A stretch of 64,000 nt of DNA from an uncultured Desulfobacterales bacterium. GTDB taxonomy: Bacteria > Desulfobacterota > Desulfobacteria > Desulfobacterales > JBDRRP01. Shown one piece after another: positions 26,955 to 36,011 of this stretch. A program made the position numbers and the translations under genes. Numbering within the stretch: the first letter of the stretch is position 1; every line of letters starts with the position of its first letter. The stretch is taken from NCBI GenBank assembly GCA_964446485.1, contig CAYUOU010000013.1, positions 1,183 to 65,182 on the forward strand. The letters run 5' to 3'. A model generated the notes under the pieces. The model saw nothing but the letters and a program-made list of their open reading frames with translations, was not told the origin of the DNA and did not search any database.

Positions 26955-27516
26955 TTTAAGAATCTCAACAGCAAGAATTGATTCTCCATAAAAAATTCTT
27001 TGGAATTTTCGAATAACAGTGCTTAGTATTTGAATTATTGACTACCTTGCAATCAGTATCTTCGATGTTGTATATTGATAAAAAATTTCCATCCACAATC
27101 ATTAACTATTGCCCATCCAGAAATCGACAGAATCAAACGATTCCGGGCACTGCTTGTAAATGGTTTGCCAGTCGCAGGGAGAAATATTCCAGGCCAGATC
27201 GCTAAACACGGCCCTGAATGCGGCTATCGCATGTTTTGAAATTTTAAAGAACAGTTCGATTCGCTTTGTCGCGAAACCCGAAAGTTGAGATCATAAGTTT
27301 CAGCACCAATAACTCCAGTCAACTCTGAATCAGAATACATTCCATCTATTAAATCCAAAAAATACTTATTTTATATATATTTGCTTTCTTGCTTCTACCA
27401 TATTGAGTTTTTTACTCGTTATCTATAAGAACAGATTACTTGCTGACGATTATAACTATATAATTCATAAATTTATTACTCTATACTTATCTTGATTATG
27501 ATTACCTAAATCTTAA

Positions 27517-28686
27517 CTATCTAACCTCTTCCGTTTTCATTTTGGACAATATTTCAAAGGCAACTTTTTTCCAAGTGAGTCTATTGATGACAAAGTTTTT
27601 GAGAATCTCAACTTTTTTGCTCGTATCTTCAGGATCTTTATAAATATGATTTATTGCCTTAGATAGTTCATCGCAATTCTCGGGTTCTACAAGCGTCAAT
27701 CCAGCCCTTAATTCTTCCGGATATTCTTCGATATATAGTTTAGTGGCAATCACGGGCAGGTTAAAGGATACATAGCTGGCGAAGCGAGAGGTAATAGGGC
27801 CTCCAAATTCGACGCCTTTCCTAGTCATTACCATAAGCCCTACATCAGCTGCCCCAATAATTTTATGCAAAGTATCAGGCTGAAAATATCCGAGAAAGTG
27901 CACCTTGGTCGATACCCCTTTCCGGAATGCGAGTTCCTTCATTTCTAAGGCTTTTGGACCGTCACCGATAACAATTAGATTCAAATTCGGGATAGTCTCA
28001 TTACATATTACCATGGCTTCAATAATACAGCGAAGATCATAATATTCCCATATTGTGCCTAAATAACAGAGGTAGAATCCATTCTCTGGCAATCTTAAAC
28101 TTTCTAAGGCGTTCTTTCGATTTAGTTTTTTTGCATTTACTCTATCAACACCATTCAATATTAAATGAACTTTCTTTGGATTGAGCCCGTAATAATTTTC
28201 AAGCCATTTCTTTCTTGGGTAAGACGGAACTATCAATCCTTTTGCAACTAATAGATCTTTTCTTTGATTTCGCTCGGTTCTTTGGATGGTATTCCAAGAT
28301 GCACCAGTTTGATTTAATTGTTTTATAAGAATACCATTAATTTCAATATAAAGAGGAACTCTAAATACCCGGGAACACCACCGTGGAAAAGGATTTGTTG
28401 CTAGCTCTCTAACGTAGATAGCATCATATTTATTAAAAAAACATAGAATAAAAAATAAAATACCACTAAAATATTTAGCATAAATAGTACCTAAAAATGA
28501 AAACTGCCATGGCCAAATATAGTGAAATCTAATGTTTAATATTTTTGGCTTAATGGAAATTGGTTTGGGTATAAAAGCATCTACCTTGCAACCATTTTCT
28601 CCGAAACCTTTCAATATACCTAAGGTATGTGTTTGGCATGCGTTAGGAGTATCTAACTCTACAAATGAGAAATACAATATTTTCAT
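27517..28686 (-). CDS. Putative glycosyltransferase (GT-B-like), AT-rich
   Basis: Weak GT-B C-terminal features (VHFLGYF...IIGAADVGL...LPVIATK). The start is set at MKILYFSF (28686), because the 12-codon track extension runs into the IS hairpin. Low GC by eye. Confidence 0.6.
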   Translation of the reverse strand: MKILYFSFVELDTPNACQTHTLGILKGFGENGCKVDAFIPKPISIKPKILNIRFHYIWPWQFSFLGTIYAKYFSGILFFILCFFNKYDAIYVRELATNPFPRWCSRVFRVPLYIEINGILIKQLNQTGASWNTIQRTERNQRKDLLVAKGLIVPSYPRKKWLENYYGLNPKKVHLILNGVDRVNAKKLNRKNALESLRLPENGFYLCYLGTIWEYYDLRCIIEAMVICNETIPNLNLIVIGDGPKALEMKELAFRKGVSTKVHFLGYFQPDTLHKIIGAADVGLMVMTRKGVEFGGPITSRFASYVSFNLPVIATKLYIEEYPEELRAGLTLVEPENCDELSKAINHIYKDPEDTSKKVEILKNFVINRLTWKKVAFEILSKMKTEEVR

Positions 28687-28716
28687 GTGAAAATGAAATT
28701 TGTAGTCATATACCTC

Positions 28717-29345
28717 CGGCAAAGCCGGAGGCTTGAAAATGTGAACCGCTCAAAGCGGTTATTTATTGGCCACCTCAAAGGTGGCGGCTATGTTATTTGA
28801 ACAAATTCAGTTGGTCTATCCGCTGGTCTTCTTTTTCCTGATCCCGGATATATTCCCGGATCATCTGTTCATCACTACCCACTGTGGAAACATGATACCC
28901 TCGAGCCCAAAAATGCGCCCCGGTGAAATTCCTTTTCATTACCGAGATAGTTCCGGGCCACGTGTATCGCACTTTTTCCCTTGATGTAGCCTATCATATC
29001 ACCTGAGCCACTGCGTATTTCGGCGGTATGGATATCAGCATGTGCACATGCTCTGACATCACATGGCCCTCAAGCACCTCGCACTCTCTGTTGCGGGCCA
29101 GATCCTTGAATACCTGGCCAAGGTACTGGCGCAGTTGCCCATACAGCGTCTTCTTCTGATACTTGAGAATCCAGACTACGCGGTATTTGCATTCCCATTT
29201 ACTGTGGTTTAGACTTGAAACGTCGTTCATGAAAGCCTCTCCTTTGTGAATTTGAGCGGTTCACATCCGGAGAGGCTTTCATTTACTCCCGTAAACGTAA
29301 AACTTTGGTGAGTCTCCCGGCAAAGCCGGGGGTTCACCTAAGAGA
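28717..29345 (-). mobile_element. Decayed IS200/IS605-family element with flanking hairpins
   Basis: A tnpA remnant is flanked by hairpins. ccggcaaagccgg occurs at both sides (28717-28729 and within 29318-29332). aaccgctcaaagcggtt and gccacctcaaaggtggc lie on one side. A perfect 12-bp stem gaaagcctctcc/ggagaggctttc lies on the other. gtgaaccgctcaaa (28741) is inverted relative to tttgagcggttcac (29253). Confidence 0.75.
28793..29230 (-). pseudogene. tnpA: IS200-type Y1 (HUH) transposase tnpA, disrupted
   Basis: The N-terminal 78 aa SKWECKYRVVWILKYQKKTLYG...HVHMLISIPPKYAVAQVI end in TGA-TAG. The next block IGYIKGKSAIHVARNYLG is in another frame. The original frame resumes with KRNFTGAHFWARGYHVSTVGSDEQMIREYIRDQEKEDQ...*. 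Two indels lie near 28993 and 28937. Confidence 0.8.
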
Positions 29346-29375
29346 AATTATATATGCTTACAAAATTTGATAAAA

Positions 29376-30347
29376 TTATATGCTCATACGCTTTCGGTAG
29401 TAACCATACATTCTTCCTAAAATTTTACAGAAATATAAATAGTAAAATATTGACTTTGAAAAATCTAAAATTAAAATTCTAATAATCGAATGAGACGCTG
29501 TATATAATATTTCTTTATAATAAAATATTGGGAAAAAAATTATTATAGATTTATTTTTTTCTTTTTGAAAATCAAGACCTCCTTCAAAAAAACCTTTTCC
29601 GAGAAATATTCTTGTGAATTTTTTAACAGATATTTTATCTTTGGATGGGTAATGAGACACTTCACATTTAGAAATATAATATACCTGATTATTATCGTAG
29701 ATAATTTTGCTTAAGAAAACAGTATCTTCTCCTGGAATTAACATAAACCGTTTATAATTATATCCAATTTCTGTATTAAAATTACCGTATGTATCAAATA
29801 TCTCCTTCTTAAGAATTATGCTTGAACCAATTGGAACTGGGTCATTTAATGTAAGATATCTTGAAGTGTTACCTAGATCATAGTTACCAAATACTGGCAA
29901 TGAATACTTTCCTTTATATTTAAGCCACGAAGGCATCTTTTTATAATAACTTTTTACCTTACAGCAAAAAGCTTTGACAGTCGGTTCGGCCTCTATGGCC
30001 TCATTCAAATAAATAAGAAACCTTTCATTGGGGACTGCGTCATCATCAAGGAAAAAAATATACTCATACTGAGAGCTATACACCCCTTTATTCCTAGCTG
30101 CCGATAGACCTGGATTTGTTTCCATTGTATATTTTAATTCATAATATCTTGTTACTCCAATTCGCTCTCTGACCACTTCTTTTGTATTGTCTAATGAATT
30201 ATTATCGACAATCACTAACTCGAAGTTTAGATTTTTAACAACAATTATCTTGTTATCAAAATAATCTATAAGGTTACTTAACAGGGTTGCCCTATTATAT
30301 GTACATATAACTATGCTTAATCCAGATAAATATACATTTTTATTCAT
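29376..30347 (-). CDS. Glycosyltransferase family 2, very AT-rich
   Basis: LSIVICTYNRATLLSNLIDY...ELVIVDNNSLDNT and FLDDDA (DxD). Confidence 0.8.
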   Translation of the reverse strand: MNKNVYLSGLSIVICTYNRATLLSNLIDYFDNKIIVVKNLNFELVIVDNNSLDNTKEVVRERIGVTRYYELKYTMETNPGLSAARNKGVYSSQYEYIFFLDDDAVPNERFLIYLNEAIEAEPTVKAFCCKVKSYYKKMPSWLKYKGKYSLPVFGNYDLGNTSRYLTLNDPVPIGSSIILKKEIFDTYGNFNTEIGYNYKRFMLIPGEDTVFLSKIIYDNNQVYYISKCEVSHYPSKDKISVKKFTRIFLGKGFFEGGLDFQKEKNKSIIIFFPIFYYKEILYTASHSIIRILILDFSKSIFYYLYFCKILGRMYGYYRKRMSI

Positions 30348-30349
30348 AT

Positions 30350-31087
30350 CTATTCATTTACTCTTTGTAATAACCAAGCCTGATAGACACTCAAATAATG
30401 CTCAGCCCATATATTTAGATAATCTAATCCTTGCTTATAAATAATTTTTTTAAAATGCTCGCTAGCTGCAATACTATGCAAAAAAGACAGTTTTGGATAC
30501 TCTTTATAGATACGCCTATAAAGCAAAATATCGAGCCTAAGTTTCTTTACTATAGCAATAAATTCGCATTCACTAACCCATTCTTCAACCGGTTGGTGAT
30601 TTTTACTCCATTTACTCCATTTATTGTACCACTTTCTCCGTGGTGTTGTTAAAATCAAACCTCCATTTTTCTTTAATAACTTTATCAAGTTCAAAATCAA
30701 TTCCTCTTTATTCCATACGTGCTCAATTACTTCTGTGCAAATTACGACATCATACGGCAAGGTCTCTTTACTAAATTTAATCACGTCAAGATCTCCAGTA
30801 AAAAATTTTATATCAGGATAATCATTTCTAGCTTTCAAGATTACCGATTCGACAGGATCATAACCTTCTGCCTCACCATAAATTGCAGATATATTTGTTA
30901 GCCAGCCCCTTCCACAACCATAATCCAATATTCTTATCCTATCCTTGCCTTTCATATTTGCAAATAGACACAAATAATCTAGAATAACTCCAAGCCTTTT
31001 GGTTTCATCAATATTAGGGATTGTTTTTGCCCATTCTCCATTTTTAGTAAACAAATCTCTATAAAAAGACTTTACCATTTTTTCCAT
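30350..31087 (-). CDS. Class I SAM-dependent methyltransferase, AT-rich
   Basis: Motif I RILDYGCGRGWL, VVICTEVIEHV and KKNGGLILTTP. It lies immediately downstream of wzt on the same strand. Confidence 0.8.
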   Translation of the reverse strand: MEKMVKSFYRDLFTKNGEWAKTIPNIDETKRLGVILDYLCLFANMKGKDRIRILDYGCGRGWLTNISAIYGEAEGYDPVESVILKARNDYPDIKFFTGDLDVIKFSKETLPYDVVICTEVIEHVWNKEELILNLIKLLKKNGGLILTTPRRKWYNKWSKWSKNHQPVEEWVSECEFIAIVKKLRLDILLYRRIYKEYPKLSFLHSIAASEHFKKIIYKQGLDYLNIWAEHYLSVYQAWLLQRVNE

Positions 31088-31207
31088 TAAACATTACCCT
31101 TAATTATATAAGTTTCTTAAAGACAGGATTTCTATCGCTGGTGGCAAATCCCCATAGATGTCTGTAAGCGTATTAAATCTCATCCGGTCTAAAGAGATAA
31201 GTATATA

Positions 31208-32434
31208 TCACCTGGTAAAACCATTTCTTTCTTGATTAAATTCCCATTTACAATTTGGGACTACATACCCGACTTTAACTGGATCTAGCTGTCTCTTCTC
31301 TGTCATGTTTACAATATCAAACTGTAAAACATCTTTCCCTATATAAGTATCGGTAACTCCATCACCAAACCAGACTGATAATCCATACCTTCCGTTTATC
31401 AATTTTGGTGCTTCAATTGTACATTTAATATTGCCAACTTTTGTTGGATTTCTTATCTCAGAAATATGATTTATTTTTGGATTGCCACCAAATATCGGCC
31501 TGCCAATATAGTCACTAATGACAAACCCTAAGCAAGGGAATTTTAAAGGTGTTTCACTTACGTAATCAATTTCAATTTCCAAATTATTATCCACTTGCTG
31601 AACACCAATACTTCTAACTGAGCCTTCTTCATATACCATTGTATTATTATCTATACTTCCAAAATATTTTTCAATACCGTCTCTAGCCTTTCCCCGATAT
31701 ATTATCTTCCCGCAAGATAAAACCATGACATTAGGGCACAAATATTCAATTGCAGACATATCATGGCTTACAAAAAATATGGTGCGTCCTCCACCTGAAA
31801 CATCACTCATTTTTCCCATACATTTCATTCTGAACTTTGCATCACCGACAGCTAAAACTTCATCAACAAATAGTATTTCAGCCTCTAGATGTGCAGCAAC
31901 AGCAAAGGCCAACCTCATATACATACCGCTTGAATATCGTTTGACTGGTGTATCCATAAACTTATCAAGTTCAGCGAAAGCGACAATCTCATCAAACTTG
32001 CGGGTCACTTCCCATCGATCCATTCCCAAAATGGCGCCATACAAATATACGTTTTCATGCCCCGTCAGTTCAGGGTTAAATCCGGTCCCGACTTCCAGCA
32101 GAGAGCCGACCCGCCCTTTCATTTTGATGCGCCCCTCTGTCGGCTCTGTGATCTTGGATAAAATCTTCAGCAGTGTACTTTTCCCGGCGCCGTTTCTACC
32201 GATAATACCTAAAACATCGCCTTGGTTCACCTCGAAAGAAACATCTTTCAGCGCCCATATTTCTTCGAACTGCTTGGCTCTGCTCTCACTATTTATTGCC
32301 AGATTTGACAGCCTTTGAAAAGGCGCCTTGGCGGCATCAACAAGGGTCTCCCGAAACGTTCGGTAGCCTTGTTGTTTCGCTCCGATCCGGTACCGCTTGG
32401 AGAGATTTTCGACTTTGATTACTGGTTCAGACAT
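31208..32434 (-). CDS. wzt: Polysaccharide ABC exporter ATP-binding protein with C-terminal extension (Wzt/TagH type)
   Basis: 408 aa. Walker A GRNGAGKSTLLK, signature YSSGMYMRL and Walker B ILFVDEVLAVGD. An extra C-terminal domain of about 150 aa sits where Wzt carbohydrate-binding domains occur. Confidence 0.85.
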   Translation of the reverse strand: MSEPVIKVENLSKRYRIGAKQQGYRTFRETLVDAAKAPFQRLSNLAINSESRAKQFEEIWALKDVSFEVNQGDVLGIIGRNGAGKSTLLKILSKITEPTEGRIKMKGRVGSLLEVGTGFNPELTGHENVYLYGAILGMDRWEVTRKFDEIVAFAELDKFMDTPVKRYSSGMYMRLAFAVAAHLEAEILFVDEVLAVGDAKFRMKCMGKMSDVSGGGRTIFFVSHDMSAIEYLCPNVMVLSCGKIIYRGKARDGIEKYFGSIDNNTMVYEEGSVRSIGVQQVDNNLEIEIDYVSETPLKFPCLGFVISDYIGRPIFGGNPKINHISEIRNPTKVGNIKCTIEAPKLINGRYGLSVWFGDGVTDTYIGKDVLQFDIVNMTEKRQLDPVKVGYVVPNCKWEFNQERNGFTR

Positions 32435-32511
32435 ATAGAGAAACCGTTTTCATCGTTTAGAGCGTTGAGAGTGTTAGGATCGTTTGGATCGTCATTTAGA
32501 ACTGATCATTT

Positions 32512-33747
32512 TTATTCCGTTTCACTCCGCTTCACCTTGGTGATGTTTTTTAAGACAGCCAGAAACCTGTGCTCTTCCGCAATCAGATCCAAAGCCCAGC
32601 CTGGCATTTTCTCAATTTTTCTCAAGACCATCGGAATTCCCCGCCCCAATTGGTCGGCATATCGAAAATTTTGCATGAATTTGACGAGGAGCGGGTTTCT
32701 CAGCACCGAAATGCCCGCTTTCATGCGATCGACGGTCACGGTGTTCACCAGGCGTCCGGGGGAGATGACTTCAATTCGACCGGGATACATTCTGACCTGG
32801 ACCTGGCTGTTTATAGTGTAGTCGCGATGGATAACCGCGTTCACGATCAACTCCCGGAACACTGATGCCGGAAATGAGATTTCCTCGCGTTTCAGACCGA
32901 TGATACGAGACGGTGTCTTCCAGTTAATGCGAATTTTCTGAACGATGTCGTCTATCGCCTCGGGACATGCCCTGTAAACGTCGATTCGGTCCAGAATGTC
33001 TGCCCGATCGTCTCCGTCGTAGACCACTAGTTGAATGCCCGCCTGTGGCATAAAACGCTCGATCGGAGACATCGGGCCGTTGCCTTTTTGAAAATACAGC
33101 AGACCAGCGAGCGTGGCGCACACTTTTCCCTGAATCGTTCCTAGGATACAGGCATTGGTTAGCAACTGATCAACATCGCCCCCGGGCATTTCATCAAGGT
33201 TCAACTCATACGTGGTTCTGAAATAATCTTTGATCTTGTCGGTATCCAGATGTCGCTTTTCAGTTCCGGCAATCGGATGGTCATCAATATGGATGACCCG
33301 GGCGCCCTGAAACAGCCTCAGCAGTTCCTCTCTCGAGGTCACCCGCCGCGTAGTGCCCACACGGACGAGGAATCGGCCCTGGGCAGTCTGATACGGTTTC
33401 TCAAGACCCCCAGCAATGACGATGCGAGCAATCCATTTTTCGCCGACACGGATCGTCTCGTACAAGGGAATCAACGGCGGGTTGATGCTGCTGCGGCAAA
33501 TGTTCATCACTTTTTCTTCAAGAACCGCCTTTCTACCGATATCTATTCCTGTCACCGTGCCGTCATCGGCAACCCCTATTAAAATACTGCCGCCGGACCC
33601 GTTGGCAAAAGCCACGATCTCCTCCGCCAGGCTGTTCGGCGAAACAGAGGCTTCCTTGAATTCGACCAGTGAGTTTTCCCCATTCTCGAGAATTCGATGG
33701 ATATCTGCAGGTCGAATATTGGACATAATAATTTGTTTCTCCCTCAT
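32512..33747 (-). CDS. AlbA_2 (Schlafen-like divergent AAA) / HATPase_c_4 protein, COG2865-type putative DNA-binding ATPase
   Basis: ENSLVEFKEASVSPNSLAEEIVAFANGSGGSILIGVADDGTVTG (AlbA_2 block) and C-terminal FRELIVNAVIHRDY...GRGIPMV (GHKL-like). The track ORF start (33903) overlaps wzm. Likely starts are 33747 (MREKQ) or 33726 (MSNIRP, preceded by gagggag). Confidence 0.8.
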   Translation of the reverse strand: MREKQIIMSNIRPADIHRILENGENSLVEFKEASVSPNSLAEEIVAFANGSGGSILIGVADDGTVTGIDIGRKAVLEEKVMNICRSSINPPLIPLYETIRVGEKWIARIVIAGGLEKPYQTAQGRFLVRVGTTRRVTSREELLRLFQGARVIHIDDHPIAGTEKRHLDTDKIKDYFRTTYELNLDEMPGGDVDQLLTNACILGTIQGKVCATLAGLLYFQKGNGPMSPIERFMPQAGIQLVVYDGDDRADILDRIDVYRACPEAIDDIVQKIRINWKTPSRIIGLKREEISFPASVFRELIVNAVIHRDYTINSQVQVRMYPGRIEVISPGRLVNTVTVDRMKAGISVLRNPLLVKFMQNFRYADQLGRGIPMVLRKIEKMPGWALDLIAEEHRFLAVLKNITKVKRSETE

Positions 33748-33748
33748 T

Positions 33749-34579
33749 TCACACCACATCGGCAAAGGTGCGTTCCATGGCCCTAAAATAATATAGCCCA
33801 GATACGAACAATCCGATGATGACGACAGCAGAAATCGCCAGCAGCCCCCAATCGATGGGGCGATGACCCAATAGCGACGCGCGAAAGGCGTCGATAATGC
33901 CACCCATGGGGTTGAGTGCCAACAGCCACTGGTATTTCTCGCCGACCAGGCTCACCGGATAGATGACCGGCGTCACGAACATCCAGATCTGGATCAAAAA
34001 AGGGATGACGTAGCGGATGTCCCGGTACTGCACGTTCAGGGCCGAGAGCCACATGCCGACGCCGATGGCGCACAGAAATGTCAGTATGACCAGTAGCGGG
34101 AAGAGAAATATCCCAATCCCTGGAAAGATGCCGTAATACACCATCATCCCTGCCAGCACGATCAAGGCCACAAAAAGATCGACCAACCCGCCAAGTGCCC
34201 CCGACATGGGCACGATCACGCGCGGGAAATAGACCTTCGTTATCAGATTGGCATTTCCCACCAGGCTGTTGCCTGAGGCGGCCAGCGCATTGGCAAAATA
34301 GGTCCAGGGCAGCAGCCCCGCGTATACGAAGATGGGGTATGGGATGCCGTCTGATGGCATCTTGGCAAGCCTGCCGAAGAACAGCGAGAACACCACCATC
34401 GTAAAAAACGGTTGGATAATTGCCCACAATCCGCCCAAAACGGTTTGTTTATACCTTACCTGAATATCGCGCTTGGTGAGAAAATAGAGAAGTTCTTTGT
34501 ATTTCCACAGTTCACGCAGATCTACGGCAACCCATCCCTTACGGGGTTCGATGATAGTGATTTGAACTGTTTCAGCCAT
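33749..34579 (-). CDS. wzm: Polysaccharide ABC-2 type exporter permease
   Basis: 276 aa with 6 TM segments. The ABC-2 N-terminal block LWKYKELLYFLTKRDIQVRYKQTVLGGLWAIIQP is typical of Wzm/TagG/KpsM. Confidence 0.85.
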   Translation of the reverse strand: MAETVQITIIEPRKGWVAVDLRELWKYKELLYFLTKRDIQVRYKQTVLGGLWAIIQPFFTMVVFSLFFGRLAKMPSDGIPYPIFVYAGLLPWTYFANALAASGNSLVGNANLITKVYFPRVIVPMSGALGGLVDLFVALIVLAGMMVYYGIFPGIGIFLFPLLVILTFLCAIGVGMWLSALNVQYRDIRYVIPFLIQIWMFVTPVIYPVSLVGEKYQWLLALNPMGGIIDAFRASLLGHRPIDWGLLAISAVVIIGLFVSGLYYFRAMERTFADVV

Positions 34580-34647
34580 AAATTATAATCGCCTGCCTCT
34601 GTCGCAGATTAGATGCAATCCTTCAACCGACCACCTCGGGTTGCCTT

Positions 34648-35082
34648 CTACGCATCCTCAGGTGCTTTACCGATATGGGTTAAGATGGCGCTTTTGAATT
34701 GGGTGAGATCATCCAAATGCTCGTGAAGTATCTTTGTAATGATAGTAGGATCGATTTTACCGTAATGGTGAACAATAAGATTTCGAAAGCGCGCCATCTC
34801 TACAAGCCTTTCGGAAAGAATGCCCGGAATGATCGAAGCTTCTTTCAACACCTTAAACGTATCGGCATAGTTTTCTGCTAAACGGAGCTTTTCATCGGCA
34901 ATGATGTGTCCGCCAACATCCAGACAAGTTTCAATCATGATTTGCAGTGTGCGATCGACAATTCGCTGGGTTTTCCAATCGTTTAAATACGCATCTTCAT
35001 CGATGCCAGCGTATTCGGCGATTTGCCGATGATATTCGTCAAACTCGGCCAATTTTCTAAGCACTAGTGTCCGATCTACCAT
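34648..35082 (-). CDS. hepT: HepT-like HEPN (DUF86) toxin, pair 1
   Basis: HEPN R-x4-H motif in MARFRNLIVHHY. The start is taken at MVDRTLVLRKL (35082), overlapping the end of the upstream MNT gene. Confidence 0.8.
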   Translation of the reverse strand: MVDRTLVLRKLAEFDEYHRQIAEYAGIDEDAYLNDWKTQRIVDRTLQIMIETCLDVGGHIIADEKLRLAENYADTFKVLKEASIIPGILSERLVEMARFRNLIVHHYGKIDPTIITKILHEHLDDLTQFKSAILTHIGKAPEDA

Positions 35083-35542
35083 TGAAAAACCTCTTATCGA
35101 GAATTTGGCGCTCAAATTTCTGGAAATCGAAGTATTCGCGCATGGTAAGGGATTCGAATATGTGCCGTTGATGAGGCTGGTTGTCGCAAATCACCTGACG
35201 CGGCTTGATCACCCTCATCCTTAAAGATATCGGGGCGGTGTTCAGTATGACCAGGTCAATGTCATCTGTCTTTAACAGATCGTTCAACTTTCCCAAAAGT
35301 TCGATCTGCCGCAGGGGGGCGTAAGGCGCTGTCAGGTAGACAGCGATATCGATGTCACTCATCGGCGTCACACGACCGGTGGCCTGGCTGCCGAACAAAT
35401 AGGCGAACTCTATATCCGGCTGAGTGGACAGAAGCGTTTCCACTTCAGAGAGTTGGCTGTGGGTATTTGAACTTTTGGATATGCGTCGCGGCAAGCGTCC
35501 CCCTAAACATTCTGGAAAATGGTAAAGCGGTTCAGCATGCAT
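35057..35542 (-). CDS. mntA: MntA-like minimal nucleotidyltransferase antitoxin, pair 1
   Basis: The NTase motif GS-x10-DxD reads YLFGSQATGRVTPMSDIDIAVYL. The start is set at MHAEPL (35542), 17 nt after the stop of the upstream HEPN gene. The track ORF start (35644) would overlap that gene. Confidence 0.75.
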   Translation of the reverse strand: MHAEPLYHFPECLGGRLPRRISKSSNTHSQLSEVETLLSTQPDIEFAYLFGSQATGRVTPMSDIDIAVYLTAPYAPLRQIELLGKLNDLLKTDDIDLVILNTAPISLRMRVIKPRQVICDNQPHQRHIFESLTMREYFDFQKFERQILDKRFFNGRSDTSA

Positions 35543-35558
35543 CAACAAAAAAACCGCG

Positions 35559-36008
35559 CTAATAATCGGCCAGTTCGGTATCTTTCCCAGAAAAAACGTT
35601 GTGGTAACTTCGGATTTCGCCAATAAACCGATCGAAATCTTCAAGATGGTATTTCAAGATTCCATACATAAGCGCGTCATCAACTTTATCGTAACCGTGA
35701 ACGAGAATATTTCTGGTACCGGCCATGGGAACCAGAAACTTCAGGCTATCAGCACTGATTACGCCGGCTTCGGCCAGTACGACAAAGACACCCTTGTTAT
35801 CCTTGGGTTCCGGGAGGTGTTTATTTGAAATGATGATTTTAGCGATATCGAGACAAGTTTCTATGGCAACTTGGATGCCTCTTTCTGCGATGTCCTTGCT
35901 ATTCGATGATTTCTCATAATCGGCAAAACAAGAAAGTTCTCCGCTCAAGCGTCTCAAACGCCTTAGCCTTTCCTGCAGAAGACCCAATTTTCGTTCAACG
36001 GATTTCAT
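35559..36008 (-). CDS. hepT: HepT-like HEPN (DUF86) toxin, pair 2
   Basis: R-x4-H motif in MAGTRNILVHGYDKV. It lies 3 nt downstream of the MNT gene. Confidence 0.8.
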   Translation of the reverse strand: MKSVERKLGLLQERLRRLRRLSGELSCFADYEKSSNSKDIAERGIQVAIETCLDIAKIIISNKHLPEPKDNKGVFVVLAEAGVISADSLKFLVPMAGTRNILVHGYDKVDDALMYGILKYHLEDFDRFIGEIRSYHNVFSGKDTELADY

Positions 36009-36011
36009 TAT

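Noticed and set aside
33783-34427. 214-aa alternative-frame ORF inside wzm
   Set aside because: It lies on the same strand as wzm but in a different frame. Its translation is Arg/Gly-rich, whereas the wzm frame gives a canonical 6-TM ABC-2 permease.
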